From Rothia mucilaginosa (lineage in GTDB: Bacteria; Actinomycetota; Actinomycetes; Actinomycetales; Micrococcaceae): a DNA stretch of 64,000 nt. Numbering within the stretch: position 1 is the stretch's first letter; each line of letters begins with the position of its first letter. Shown in pieces: positions 26,881-35,210 of the stretch. Under the pieces are notes generated by a model. The model did no database searches. It saw nothing but the letters and a program-made list of their open reading frames with translations, and had not been told where the DNA came from. The translations under genes and the position numbers were made by a program. The stretch lies in assembly GCF_963539245.1 (NCBI RefSeq), contig NZ_CAUTJW010000010.1; one strand, given 5' to 3'.

Positions 26881-27726
26881 TTAGGAGGCGGGGCTCAAGT
26901 CCTCGCTCACATGCTTCTCGAAAATTGCTTTGAAGTCGCCGTTGCCCAGGTGCTTCTTGATGGAGGCGTCAATCGCATCCTTCAGCGCGGTCTGGTTCTT
27001 GGGCAGCAGAACGGCGACGTTGGTGCCGGGGCCGACCTCACCCTCCAGCAGGCGCAGGTTGGCGTCCGGGTGCTCCTTGAAGTACTCGGCAAAGGACACG
27101 GAGTCGTTGGCGGTCAGCTCGGCGCGGCCGGTAAGCACCTGCTCGATGGCCTCGTCAAAGCCGGTAACTTCGATGATGGTGGCGCCGCGCTCCTCCACGA
27201 GCTTGCGGTAGTTGCTGGTGGCGCTCTGGGCGGCGCTATGGCCGGAAATTTCGGAGGCGTTCTTCAGGCTCGAGTCCTTCTTCACGCCCACGCGGGCACG
27301 GGAGTGCGCGTAGGGCACGGAGAAATCGTACTTCTTCTTACGTTCCTCGGTGGGTGCCACGTTGTTGAGCACGATGTCGTAGCGGCCCGCGTCCACGCCG
27401 GCGATAAGCGAGTCCCAGGGGGTTTCGATGTACTCGGCGGTCACGCCCAGGTCCTTGGCGAGGGTCTCGGCGATGTCGTACTCGAAGCCGGCGAGCTTAC
27501 CGGAGGCGTCGTGGTAGGTGTAGGGGCGGTAGGTGCCCTCCACGCCGATACGGATTTTGCCCGCGGACTTGATGGACTCCAGCAGGTTGGAGGAGCTCTG
27601 TGCGGAGCCTGCGCTGGAGCCGTTACCGCCGGAGCAGGCGGCGAGCAGGCCGGTGGTTCCGGCGAGGGTCGCGCCCAGTAGCAGGGAGCGTCGGTTCAGC
27701 ACGGCGGAGGTGTTGAGAATGGTCAT
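26881..27726 (-). CDS. Polar amino-acid (cystine-type) substrate-binding lipoprotein, paralog 2
   Basis: The lipobox is GLLAACSG. KIRIGVEGTYRPYTYHD is present, and the sequence is colinear with paralog 1 over its full length. Confidence 0.85.
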   Translation of the reverse strand: MTILNTSAVLNRRSLLLGATLAGTTGLLAACSGGNGSSAGSAQSSSNLLESIKSAGKIRIGVEGTYRPYTYHDASGKLAGFEYDIAETLAKDLGVTAEYIETPWDSLIAGVDAGRYDIVLNNVAPTEERKKKYDFSVPYAHSRARVGVKKDSSLKNASEISGHSAAQSATSNYRKLVEERGATIIEVTGFDEAIEQVLTGRAELTANDSVSFAEYFKEHPDANLRLLEGEVGPGTNVAVLLPKNQTALKDAIDASIKKHLGNGDFKAIFEKHVSEDLSPAS

Positions 27727-27824
27727 TCTTGGTTCCTTAATCTACGTTGATGTGTGGTGTGAAAGTTGAAATCTGCGGTATGGACCGGCGAGGTTCGCCA
27801 GCAGTATGAACCGGCGGCACGAAC

Positions 27825-28985
27825 CTAGCCGGCGAAGGCGGCCTTCATGCCAATCTCCAGGGCCGCGGTGAGGTCCTGAACATCCTCAATGCCGATTGCC
27901 AGGCGCACGAGGCGGTCATCCACGCCGAACTCATCGCGATGCTCCTGCGCGTAAGCCCCGTGCGTGGTGTGCGCGGGCAGGCTCACGAGCGATTCGATAC
28001 CACCCAGGCTCACGGCGTTTACGAAAATGGGCAGGGAGCGGGCAAAGGCCTGCGCATCCCCTCCCTCCGCAAGTAGCAGCGAGAATACGGAACCAATACC
28101 GCGGGCTTGGCGTGACTGAATCTCGGCCTGCTCCTCGGAAGAGCTACCGGGGTAGAAAATCTGCTCAACCTCGGGACGCTCGGAGAGGAACTCGATGAGC
28201 TCGCGGGCGTTCTGCTGCTGGCGTTCCAGGCGCAGAGCCAGGGTTTTCACGTCCTGCAGTAGGCGGTAGGAGTCAATCGGGGGCAGCAGCGCGCCGCTGA
28301 CGAGCTGACCGCGGTGTAGCTGAACCGCAAGATCGGAATCGTTCGTGGCGGCCACACCGGCGAGTAGATCCGCATGACCGGCAAGGAACTTAGTAGCCGA
28401 CTGCACGGTGATGTCCGCGCCAAGCTCCAGGGGGCGCTGCAGGTACGGAGTCATAAAGGTGTTATCTACGATGAGCAACGCCCCGTGGCGGTGCGCCAGC
28501 TCCGCAATGGCTGCAATGTCAGTAACCTGCAGGGTCGGGTTCGTGGGGGTCTCCAAGAAGACGGCCTTCACATCGGGGGTGAAGTCATCATCGGAGAGAA
28601 CCGAAAAATCGCTGATGAAGCGGGTCTTCACGGCGCGCTTGGGCAGCTCAGTCGTAGCAAAACGGTAGGTTCCGCCGTAGGAGGGCATGCCCAGCAGCAG
28701 GGTATCGCCCGCCTCCAGAACGCCGAGGGCCGCCGCGGTGGCCGCCATGCCGGAGGGGTACGCGTAGGCGTGCTCGGCCCCCTCAAGCGCAGCGAGGGTC
28801 GTCTGCAGGTTATCGCGGGTGGGGTTCGCGCCGCGCTGGTACATGTAGGTGGTGTCCTCACCTGCGGTACCGAAGGTGCTAGCCAGGTAGACCGGCGGCA
28901 CGGACGCATCGTAGCGGGCATCGTGCACGGCGTGGATGGTGCGGGTCGTGAAACCGGTCGGTTCGAGCTGGTTCTGCTGGCTCAT
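27825..28985 (-). CDS. Cys/Met-metabolism PLP-dependent enzyme (cystathionine gamma-lyase/beta-lyase/gamma-synthase family), paralog 1
   Basis: The PLP-lysine motif is [15 protein letters not shown], and the N-terminus reads TRTIHAV...YQRGANPTR. Confidence 0.85.
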   Translation of the reverse strand: MSQQNQLEPTGFTTRTIHAVHDARYDASVPPVYLASTFGTAGEDTTYMYQRGANPTRDNLQTTLAALEGAEHAYAYPSGMAATAAALGVLEAGDTLLLGMPSYGGTYRFATTELPKRAVKTRFISDFSVLSDDDFTPDVKAVFLETPTNPTLQVTDIAAIAELAHRHGALLIVDNTFMTPYLQRPLELGADITVQSATKFLAGHADLLAGVAATNDSDLAVQLHRGQLVSGALLPPIDSYRLLQDVKTLALRLERQQQNARELIEFLSERPEVEQIFYPGSSSEEQAEIQSRQARGIGSVFSLLLAEGGDAQAFARSLPIFVNAVSLGGIESLVSLPAHTTHGAYAQEHRDEFGVDDRLVRLAIGIEDVQDLTAALEIGMKAAFAG

Positions 28986-29296
28986 GGTGGTTCTCCTCCG
29001 TTCGGGCTACCCCGAAGGCGGGCGTAGCTGTGTGTGTCGTCGTGTATCTGAGATTTACCCTACCCGCATTTTTTATGCCGTTCTAACCCCGCGTCACGGG
29101 GGTTAATATGTTCACGCAACGTCATATAAAAATGCAGTGAGGGTGCACAAAATACCCGAATCAAAAACATTCTTTTACATTGAAAGAAATACGTTAATCC
29201 GGGTATTTTGAGTAATTATTATGGGTGACATTACACCGCGTATTTGGGGCACCTCGAATCACGCGATACGGTCGTGCGGTGCCTCATGTTCAGGGA

Positions 29297-30448
29297 CTAT
29301 GCCTGATGCGCCAGGGCTGCGGTCAGGCCGCGCTCCAAATCCTCGATAATGTCCTCAATCTCCTCGATGCCGATGGCCAGGCGGATGAGGTTGTCGCTCA
29401 CGCCGTATTCGTCGCGGTGCGCTTGCGTGTAGGCGGCCTGCACCATGAGCGCGGGACGAACCACCAACGACTCGATACCGCCCAGGCTCACCGCGTGGGT
29501 GAAAATCTTCAGGGCTTCGAGGAAGGCGGGCAGGTCTGTGCCGTCCACCAGCTCCATGGAGATGAGCGCGCCCAGGCCATTCGCCTGGCGGGCATGCACC
29601 TGCGCCTCATACTCGCTGTGCGAACCCGCGTAGAGCACGCGCTTCACGGCGGGATGCGCCTCCAGGTAGTTGATGACCTCGATGGTGTTCTTCTGCTGCT
29701 GGGTCAGGCGCAGCTTGAGGGTCTTGACCTCCTGCAGCAGGCGGTAGGAGTCGGTGGGCGAAAGCATTGCGCCGGTAATCATCTGCAGGTGCCAGAGGCG
29801 CTCGGCGAGCGCGTCATCGTTGGTTGCGGCGACGCCTCCGAGTAGGTCGGCGTGGCCGCCCAGGTACTTGGTGGCGGACTGCACGCTGATGTCTGCGCCC
29901 AGGTCGAGGGGCTTCTGCAGCAGCGGGGTCATAAAGGTGTTGTCGACGACCACGATTGCGCCGTTGCGGTGCGCGATTTCGGCGATGGCGGCGATGTCAC
30001 TCACACGCAGCAGCGGGTTGGAGGGGCTTTCCAGGAAAACCATGGTCACATTATCTGCGAAGTCCTCGTCGGTGAGGGCCGTGAAGTCGCCGATGAAGCG
30101 GGTCTTGACGCCGCGGGCGGGCAGCTCAATGGTGGCGAATCGGTAGGTGCCGCCGTAGGAGGGCATACCCAGCAGTAGAGTTTCGCCTTCTTTCAGGATT
30201 CCGAGGGCGGCAGCGGTGGCGCCCATTCCAGAGGGGTAGGCGAAGGCGTGCTTGGCGCCTTCGAGGGTTGCGAGCGTGATTTCGAGGGCCGCGCGGGTGG
30301 GGTTGCCGCCGCGCTGGTAGTCGTAGGGGCCTTCGGTGCCGTCACAGGGCTGGGCGTAGGTGGTGGTCGTGTAGATCGGAGGCAGGATGGAGCCGTACGG
30401 GTTGTCGCGGTCCGTAGTGTGAATTGCCTTCGTCGTGAATCCGGTCAT
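29297..30448 (-). CDS. Cys/Met-metabolism PLP-dependent enzyme, paralog 2
   Basis: VQSATKYLGGHADLL and YQRGGNPTR are present, and the sequence is colinear with paralog 1. Confidence 0.85.
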   Translation of the reverse strand: MTGFTTKAIHTTDRDNPYGSILPPIYTTTTYAQPCDGTEGPYDYQRGGNPTRAALEITLATLEGAKHAFAYPSGMGATAAALGILKEGETLLLGMPSYGGTYRFATIELPARGVKTRFIGDFTALTDEDFADNVTMVFLESPSNPLLRVSDIAAIAEIAHRNGAIVVVDNTFMTPLLQKPLDLGADISVQSATKYLGGHADLLGGVAATNDDALAERLWHLQMITGAMLSPTDSYRLLQEVKTLKLRLTQQQKNTIEVINYLEAHPAVKRVLYAGSHSEYEAQVHARQANGLGALISMELVDGTDLPAFLEALKIFTHAVSLGGIESLVVRPALMVQAAYTQAHRDEYGVSDNLIRLAIGIEEIEDIIEDLERGLTAALAHQA

Positions 30449-30823
30449 GCTGTCCTCGGCTAAGGTTGGGCATAAAATGCGGGGATAAATACACTGCTAG
30501 CTTAGGGCTCTTTTGGGGTACTGACTAGTTTTTTCTTTTCTGTGACCGAGTGACTTTTTATGACCGAAAAACGGCGTTATATTTCGACATTTTAGACATA
30601 TATTTCGTCATATTTCGCGTGAAAAGGCCCGGCGGTCGGTACGCGTGTGTGCTGAGTACCGGCCGCCGGGCTCCACACTAGGATACCGGTTCAGCACCCC
30701 AGAACATAGAGGTAAGGTTTACCTCAAAGCTAAACCGCCCTCCACAAGGGGCGATGCTGCACCCTCAATCTCGCCTAGAACGCACCGGATGCTCCGCCGG
30801 GCACTACATTAGGCGCTATATCA

Positions 30824-30882
30824 GGCATAGATAGAAGGAGGGGGCGCACCCGGGAATCACCCCGGGTACGCCCCCCCTCTCT
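30824..30882. repeat. Hairpin repeat copy A
   Basis: It reads GCATAGATAGAAGGAGGGGGCGCACCCGGGAATCACCCCGGGTACGCCCCCCCTCT and contains the stem GGAGGGGGCG.ACCCGGG / CCCGGGT.CGCCCCC.CTC. Confidence 0.8.
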
Positions 30883-31155
30883 TAGTCCTATAAGAGCATC
30901 GGTGTTATATAAGGTATTTCCTCTGGTCTTCCAGTGAAGGCAGAAATACGCTTGATTCCTTGGGCAAAACCGCTGCTCTCCTTACTTCGGTTCGCCGTAG
31001 AACCGAACATAAAAAAGGACCCCCTCGAGATGCGCTTAGGTAAACCCAGAGGCGGAGGGGGGACTGTTACTACAACAATAACATTGGAGCTACGCGCTCT
31101 CAAGGGATCTGGGCGTTTTCCCTGATTACCTTATGCTTGCTTATCTCACTGTGTC

Positions 31156-31212
31156 AGCATCAATAGAAGGAGGGGCGTACCCGGGAATCACCCCGGGTAC
31201 GCCCCCCTCTTT
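31156..31212. terminator. Hairpin repeat copy B; probable terminator of the metY/CoA-binding operon
   Basis: It reads GCATCAATAGAAGGAGGGGCGTACCCGGGAATCACCCCGGGTACGCCCCCCTCT and is about 90% identical to copy A. It lies about 80 nt downstream of the minus-strand stop at 31294. Confidence 0.75.
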
Positions 31213-31293
31213 CAAACACTCACAAGTTCAAACGCTCACAAGCGCCTAATTTTTTGTAATTACAAGCCGCAGCGGCTCAACAGCACAGGCTGC

Positions 31294-31800
31294 TTACTTC
31301 GACAGCACCTGACGCTTCGAAGAAATCACACCCGTGTTGAAACCAGCCAGGTGCAGGCCACCGTGGAAACGCGCGTGCTCAATCTTCACGCACTTATCCA
31401 TCACCACGTTCAGGCCGGCAGCCTCACCAATCGCGGCAGCCTCCTCATTCCAGGAGCCCAGCTGCATCCACACGGTCTTCGCGCCCAGATCCACAGCCTC
31501 CTGAACCACGCCCGGCAGGTCCTCATTACGGCGGAAAATCTCCACCAGATCCGGGACCTCCGGCAGGTCCTGCAGCGACGGGTACACCGGCTGACCCAGC
31601 ACAAGCTTGCCCTTCGCAGCCAGAATCGGGTTCACAAAGTACAGCTTGTACGGCGAAGCCGACTGCAGGTACGTCGCCACAAAGTACGAAGCACGCGAAA
31701 TCTTATCGCTCATACCCACAATCGCGATGGTGCGGGTGTTACGCAGAATGTTCAGACGCTCAGGGGCGGAAGGACCCACCCAGGTACGCTTCTCAGTCAT
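31294..31800 (-). CDS. CoA-binding domain protein (YccU-like)
   Basis: The 168-aa product has IAIVGMSDKISRASYFVATYL. A TAATG overlap links it to the metY stop. Confidence 0.8.
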   Translation of the reverse strand: MTEKRTWVGPSAPERLNILRNTRTIAIVGMSDKISRASYFVATYLQSASPYKLYFVNPILAAKGKLVLGQPVYPSLQDLPEVPDLVEIFRRNEDLPGVVQEAVDLGAKTVWMQLGSWNEEAAAIGEAAGLNVVMDKCVKIEHARFHGGLHLAGFNTGVISSKRQVLSK

Positions 31801-33260
31801 TACTTTTCCTCCTGAGTGGTAGTAGGCAGGGAGCAGGATGCGCCAGCAGCAGCCTCAGCGGCGGCAGCGTCCTCGGCGGCCTTAGCGGCGGCAACCGCCT
31901 CCTCAGCCTCCACAATCTTGTCTGCGCTGGACTCACCCACGCGCTCACCGGCGTGGTTCAGGCCGGTCGCGTAGGTCAGTGCCTGGTCCAGGTCCCAAAT
32001 GATGTCTTCAACATCTTCCAGACCCACCGAAATACGGATCAGGTCCTCGCCAACACCACCAGCAGCCAGCTGCTCAGCGGTCAGCTGCTGGTGCGTGGTC
32101 GAACCCGGGTGCAGCACCAGGGTACGAGAGTCACCAATGTTCGCCAGGTGGCTTGCCAGCTGCAGCGCGCCGATGAACTCGCCACCGACCAGGCGGCCGG
32201 ACGCCTTCTCGGTGCCCTTGACACCGAAGGAGAACACGGAACCGACACCCAGCGGCAGCAGCTTCTTCGCGCGCTCGTGGTGCGGGTGGTCTTCCAGGCC
32301 GGCGTAGTTCACGTAGGCGATACGCTGATCCTCAACCAGCCAGGCGACAACCTGCTTAGCGTTCGCCAGGTGCGCATCCATGCGCTGCGGCAGGGTCTCA
32401 ACACCCTGCAGCAGGTTGAACGCGGCCTGCGGGCTCAGCGACGGGCCGAAGTCACGCAGCTGCTCAGAACGCAGCTTGGTCAGGAAGCCGTACTCACCGA
32501 AGTTACCCCACCAGGACACGCCGTTGTAGGAGGGAACCGGCTCGGTCATGGACGGGAAGTTGCCGTTACCCCAGTTGAAGCGACCGGACTCGACGACGAT
32601 ACCGCCGAGGGTGGTGCCGTGACCGCCCAGGAACTTGGTGACCGAGTGGATAACGATGTCCGCACCGTGTTCGAGGGGACGGATCAGGTAGGGGGTGGAC
32701 AGGGTTGCGTCCACGACCAGGGGGATGCCCGCCTCGTGTGCGACCTCTGCGAGGCCTTCCAGGTCGGCAACCTCACCGGAGGGGTTCGCCACAATCTCGG
32801 TGTAAATCGCCTTGGTGTTCTCGGTCAGTGCCGCCTTGTAGTCGGCGGGGTCGGTGCCGGGCACGAAGGTGGTCTCAATGCCGAAGCGGCGCAGGGACAC
32901 GTCCAGCTGGGTGACGGTGCCGCCGTACAGCTGCGAAGAAGCAACAATGTGGTCGCCCTGCTGGCACAGAGCCGCGAAGGTGATGAACTCGGCGGCCATG
33001 CCGGAGGCGGTCGCTACCGCACCAATACCGCCTTCGAGGGAGGCGATGCGCTCCTCCAGGGCTGCGACGGTCGGGTTGGACAGGCGCGAGTAGATGTTGC
33101 CGTACTTCTGCAGGGAGAAGAGGTTCGCGGCGTCGTCAGCGTCTTTGAAGACGAAGGAGGTGGTCTGATAGATGGGGACCGCGCGGGCACCGTGCTCAGC
33201 GTCGGGGGTGCCGCCCGCGTGTAGTGCGCGGGTGCGGAAGCCGAAAGTGTGTTCAGCCAT
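31800..33260 (-). CDS. metY: O-acetylhomoserine sulfhydrylase/aminocarboxypropyltransferase with an Ala-rich C-terminal tail
   Basis: FGFRTRALHAGG, the PLP-lysine motif HSVTKFLGGHGT and IEDVEDIIWDL are present. The start was set at ATG 33260 (MAEHTF). About 50 extra C-terminal residues are rich in A/E. Confidence 0.9.
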   Translation of the reverse strand: MAEHTFGFRTRALHAGGTPDAEHGARAVPIYQTTSFVFKDADDAANLFSLQKYGNIYSRLSNPTVAALEERIASLEGGIGAVATASGMAAEFITFAALCQQGDHIVASSQLYGGTVTQLDVSLRRFGIETTFVPGTDPADYKAALTENTKAIYTEIVANPSGEVADLEGLAEVAHEAGIPLVVDATLSTPYLIRPLEHGADIVIHSVTKFLGGHGTTLGGIVVESGRFNWGNGNFPSMTEPVPSYNGVSWWGNFGEYGFLTKLRSEQLRDFGPSLSPQAAFNLLQGVETLPQRMDAHLANAKQVVAWLVEDQRIAYVNYAGLEDHPHHERAKKLLPLGVGSVFSFGVKGTEKASGRLVGGEFIGALQLASHLANIGDSRTLVLHPGSTTHQQLTAEQLAAGGVGEDLIRISVGLEDVEDIIWDLDQALTYATGLNHAGERVGESSADKIVEAEEAVAAAKAAEDAAAAEAAAGASCSLPTTTQEEK

Positions 33261-33393
33261 TGGTTTGCTCCTGGTGTATCTGCCCGCCTGCGTGCGGGGA
33301 GTCGATAGTGGCTCGACTTTATACTGTGCCACCAGCGGCGGGGTGCACCAAGTGCGGGTACCTATATGTCGTTTATTGCGGATTATGACGGGC

Positions 33394-33420
33394 GGGGTTG
33401 AGGCTTATAACCTCAACCCC
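33394..33420 (-). terminator. Hairpin just downstream of the island gene
   Basis: GGGGTTGAGG-CTTATAA-CCTCAACCCC is a perfect 10-bp stem lying 19 nt past the minus-strand stop at 33439. Confidence 0.65.
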
Positions 33421-33438
33421 ACCTACCACTGCACTGCA

Positions 33439-34905
33439 CTATTCTGCAGGGTCCGGCTCTTGCTCGGGTCCCTGTTCTTCTTTCACATACCCTGCATCAT
33501 CCAGAGGGGAAAGATATTTCTCAAATTCATAATTTTTACCAATTAGACGATTCCGTAAAACTCCAGGCTTAACACCAAGCCGCACCCCAACCCAAGAGAC
33601 AATAATAATCTTTAACATATCAATTGCCTCAAAGACTGCATCGTAATTTATCTCTTCCCCACCGTAATGCTTTACTGAATTGTAAGCATTATTAATCTTA
33701 TCTGGCCATTCAGGAAGGTTATGTAACACTTTCTCATTCATATCTCCCTCATCTTTTCTCACATATGGTAATACACCTTCAGAGATTTGATTAATGATGT
33801 TTTGCAGAGCTCCTTTTAGATATGCCCTACCTTTATCAGTGAAAGATTCCTCAGGGAAATCAACCGCAATATATCTTCCGAGTGCCTCAACCCCAGAACA
33901 TAGGTTGAAGAGCTCATTTTCAACCACTCCATTACCCCACCTAATAGTAGCCAGAATCGGATTTAAAGCACGGGGATATTTTTTAGAAATCTCAAGCCAC
34001 TTTTCAAATCCATTAGATTCAATGTCATTGTATGTAAATATAAAATCTTTATTATTAACATCAATATTTTTAGTCGTCTCCCACCGCTCTGAAATAACAT
34101 TTCTCCATGCCCTACCATCCGAATCTCCCTTATCCTCTTCATGAGAGACGGAGATTGAAATAAATTTATGAACACTCCATGAAGAGACCATCATCAAATC
34201 TCTAATTGCATCATGATATTTCATAGCATCATCAAATGAAATTTCTTGATTGCAATACATCTCAAGACAGTCACGAGATTCATATACAACTCTAGTCGAC
34301 GAGTTATTGGGTATAACCGTAAAATTGGATTTAAATTTCATCCCTGATGCTTCATCAAGCAGAATCTCTCCAGCAGACACAGCCTTTGTCTCCACCGAAT
34401 TTACATGAGGTAGACCATCTATATTCTTGTATGTGAGACACGTTTTTAAGGTGCTCATCTGGAACCATTGGGATAGATTCTCGATCTCCGTCCGGTAGCC
34501 ATTAAAACAATTTGTATTGTATTTTCGTGATGAAAAGATTGCTGCCCCTACTGAGACTTTTTGAAGGACCCCGCCAAGACTCCTAAAAATATTAAACATT
34601 TTCTCTCTATATCCAGATATCCTACAATCCGCAAGAAGAACCAGGCCACGGTCATCCATAAAATACATATTATTAGGAACGTTATATTGATATTTTGTTC
34701 GATCCGGGTCATCGCTATAGAACGTTCCCTCCGTCCCCCACCGAGCCGCCGGAGATGAAGAATAACGGCTTTCCACCGGAATAAGAGCTTGGACTCGATG
34801 TCCATCGCGCACTAGAGTAGCCGGGATTCCCTTCCCTTCTTTTACCTCACCGGGGTATAACCACCCCACTCTAACCTGGCCAACCTCAAGAGTATTATTA
34901 GACAT
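33439..34905 (-). CDS. ApeA-like protein: ApeA-type N-terminal domain plus helical HEPN-like C-terminus (candidate single-gene anti-phage effector)
   Basis: The 488-codon ORF is clearly open, in DNA of about one-third G+C. The start ATG 34905 lies 6 nt after GGAGG. The N-terminus reads LEVGQVRVGWLYPGEVKEGKGIPATLVRDGHRVQALIPVE ... DDRGLVLLADCRISG. The C-terminus is helical, with NAYNSVKHYGG at the position expected for a HEPN Rx4-6H motif. The family call rests on remembered patterns only. Confidence 0.55.
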   Translation of the reverse strand: MSNNTLEVGQVRVGWLYPGEVKEGKGIPATLVRDGHRVQALIPVESRYSSSPAARWGTEGTFYSDDPDRTKYQYNVPNNMYFMDDRGLVLLADCRISGYREKMFNIFRSLGGVLQKVSVGAAIFSSRKYNTNCFNGYRTEIENLSQWFQMSTLKTCLTYKNIDGLPHVNSVETKAVSAGEILLDEASGMKFKSNFTVIPNNSSTRVVYESRDCLEMYCNQEISFDDAMKYHDAIRDLMMVSSWSVHKFISISVSHEEDKGDSDGRAWRNVISERWETTKNIDVNNKDFIFTYNDIESNGFEKWLEISKKYPRALNPILATIRWGNGVVENELFNLCSGVEALGRYIAVDFPEESFTDKGRAYLKGALQNIINQISEGVLPYVRKDEGDMNEKVLHNLPEWPDKINNAYNSVKHYGGEEINYDAVFEAIDMLKIIIVSWVGVRLGVKPGVLRNRLIGKNYEFEKYLSPLDDAGYVKEEQGPEQEPDPAE

Positions 34906-35012
34906 TTGCAACCTCCCCTTTCTAAAGAAGATTAATAACTAACGAAATTACATATATTACATATAGAATTTTTATACAAGAATTATCTATATCGAGCTTG
35001 TCATATCAGGCG

Positions 35013-35057
35013 TCATAACAACTGTCATAACAGAAGTTGTTATGACGATTGTTATGA
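35013..35057. repeat. Symmetric 4-half-site array 1 of the octamer TCATAACA
   Basis: TCATAACA occurs at 35013 and 35025, and TGTTATGA at 35038 and 35050. The gaps are 4, 5 and 4 nt. A degenerate TCATATCA sits at 35001. Confidence 0.9.
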
Positions 35058-35145
35058 TGTGCAATCAATCAGTGCCGATAAAATACCCGGTTTTAGCCTG
35101 CAAATCCTGGGTTTTCAAGACTCAAGGCGCGAGGAAAATATCGCA

Positions 35146-35210
35146 TCATAACAACATCATCGCAGGATCATAACAACTTCATAACAGAAATTGTTATGAT
35201 GCTGTTATGA
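35146..35210. repeat. Symmetric 4-half-site array 2 of TCATAACA plus one extra upstream copy
   Basis: TCATAACA occurs at 35146, 35168 and 35179, and TGTTATGA at 35192 and 35203. The gaps within the core are 3, 5 and 3 nt. Confidence 0.9.

Noticed and set aside
30888-31125. ORFs 30888..31103(-) and 30934..31125(+) inside the hairpin-bracketed segment.
   Set aside because: They overlap each other on opposite strands, have no SD at a suitable distance and give low-complexity translations. The segment is more plausibly non-coding.
33261-33393. SAM riboswitch upstream of metY. The leaders of the PLP-enzyme genes (28986-29296, 30449-30700) and the spacer at 26611-26880 were also checked.
   Set aside because: The minus-strand leaders lack the GCAACC / GGUGC(U/C)AA / AUC-AGAG blocks and the SAM-IV GGUCAUGAGU...GGGGUGCCCC blocks that are obvious at 8105-8482 and 11586-11720. 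Other SAM classes (II, VI, SAM/SAH) cannot be excluded by eye.
35042-35176. A 44-codon plus-strand ORF (MTIVMMCNQSVPIKYPVLACK...) spanning the gap between the two octamer arrays.
   Set aside because: It has no SD, and both the start and the stop are formed by the repeat units themselves (ATGAC / TCATAA). It is most likely a by-product of the repeats.
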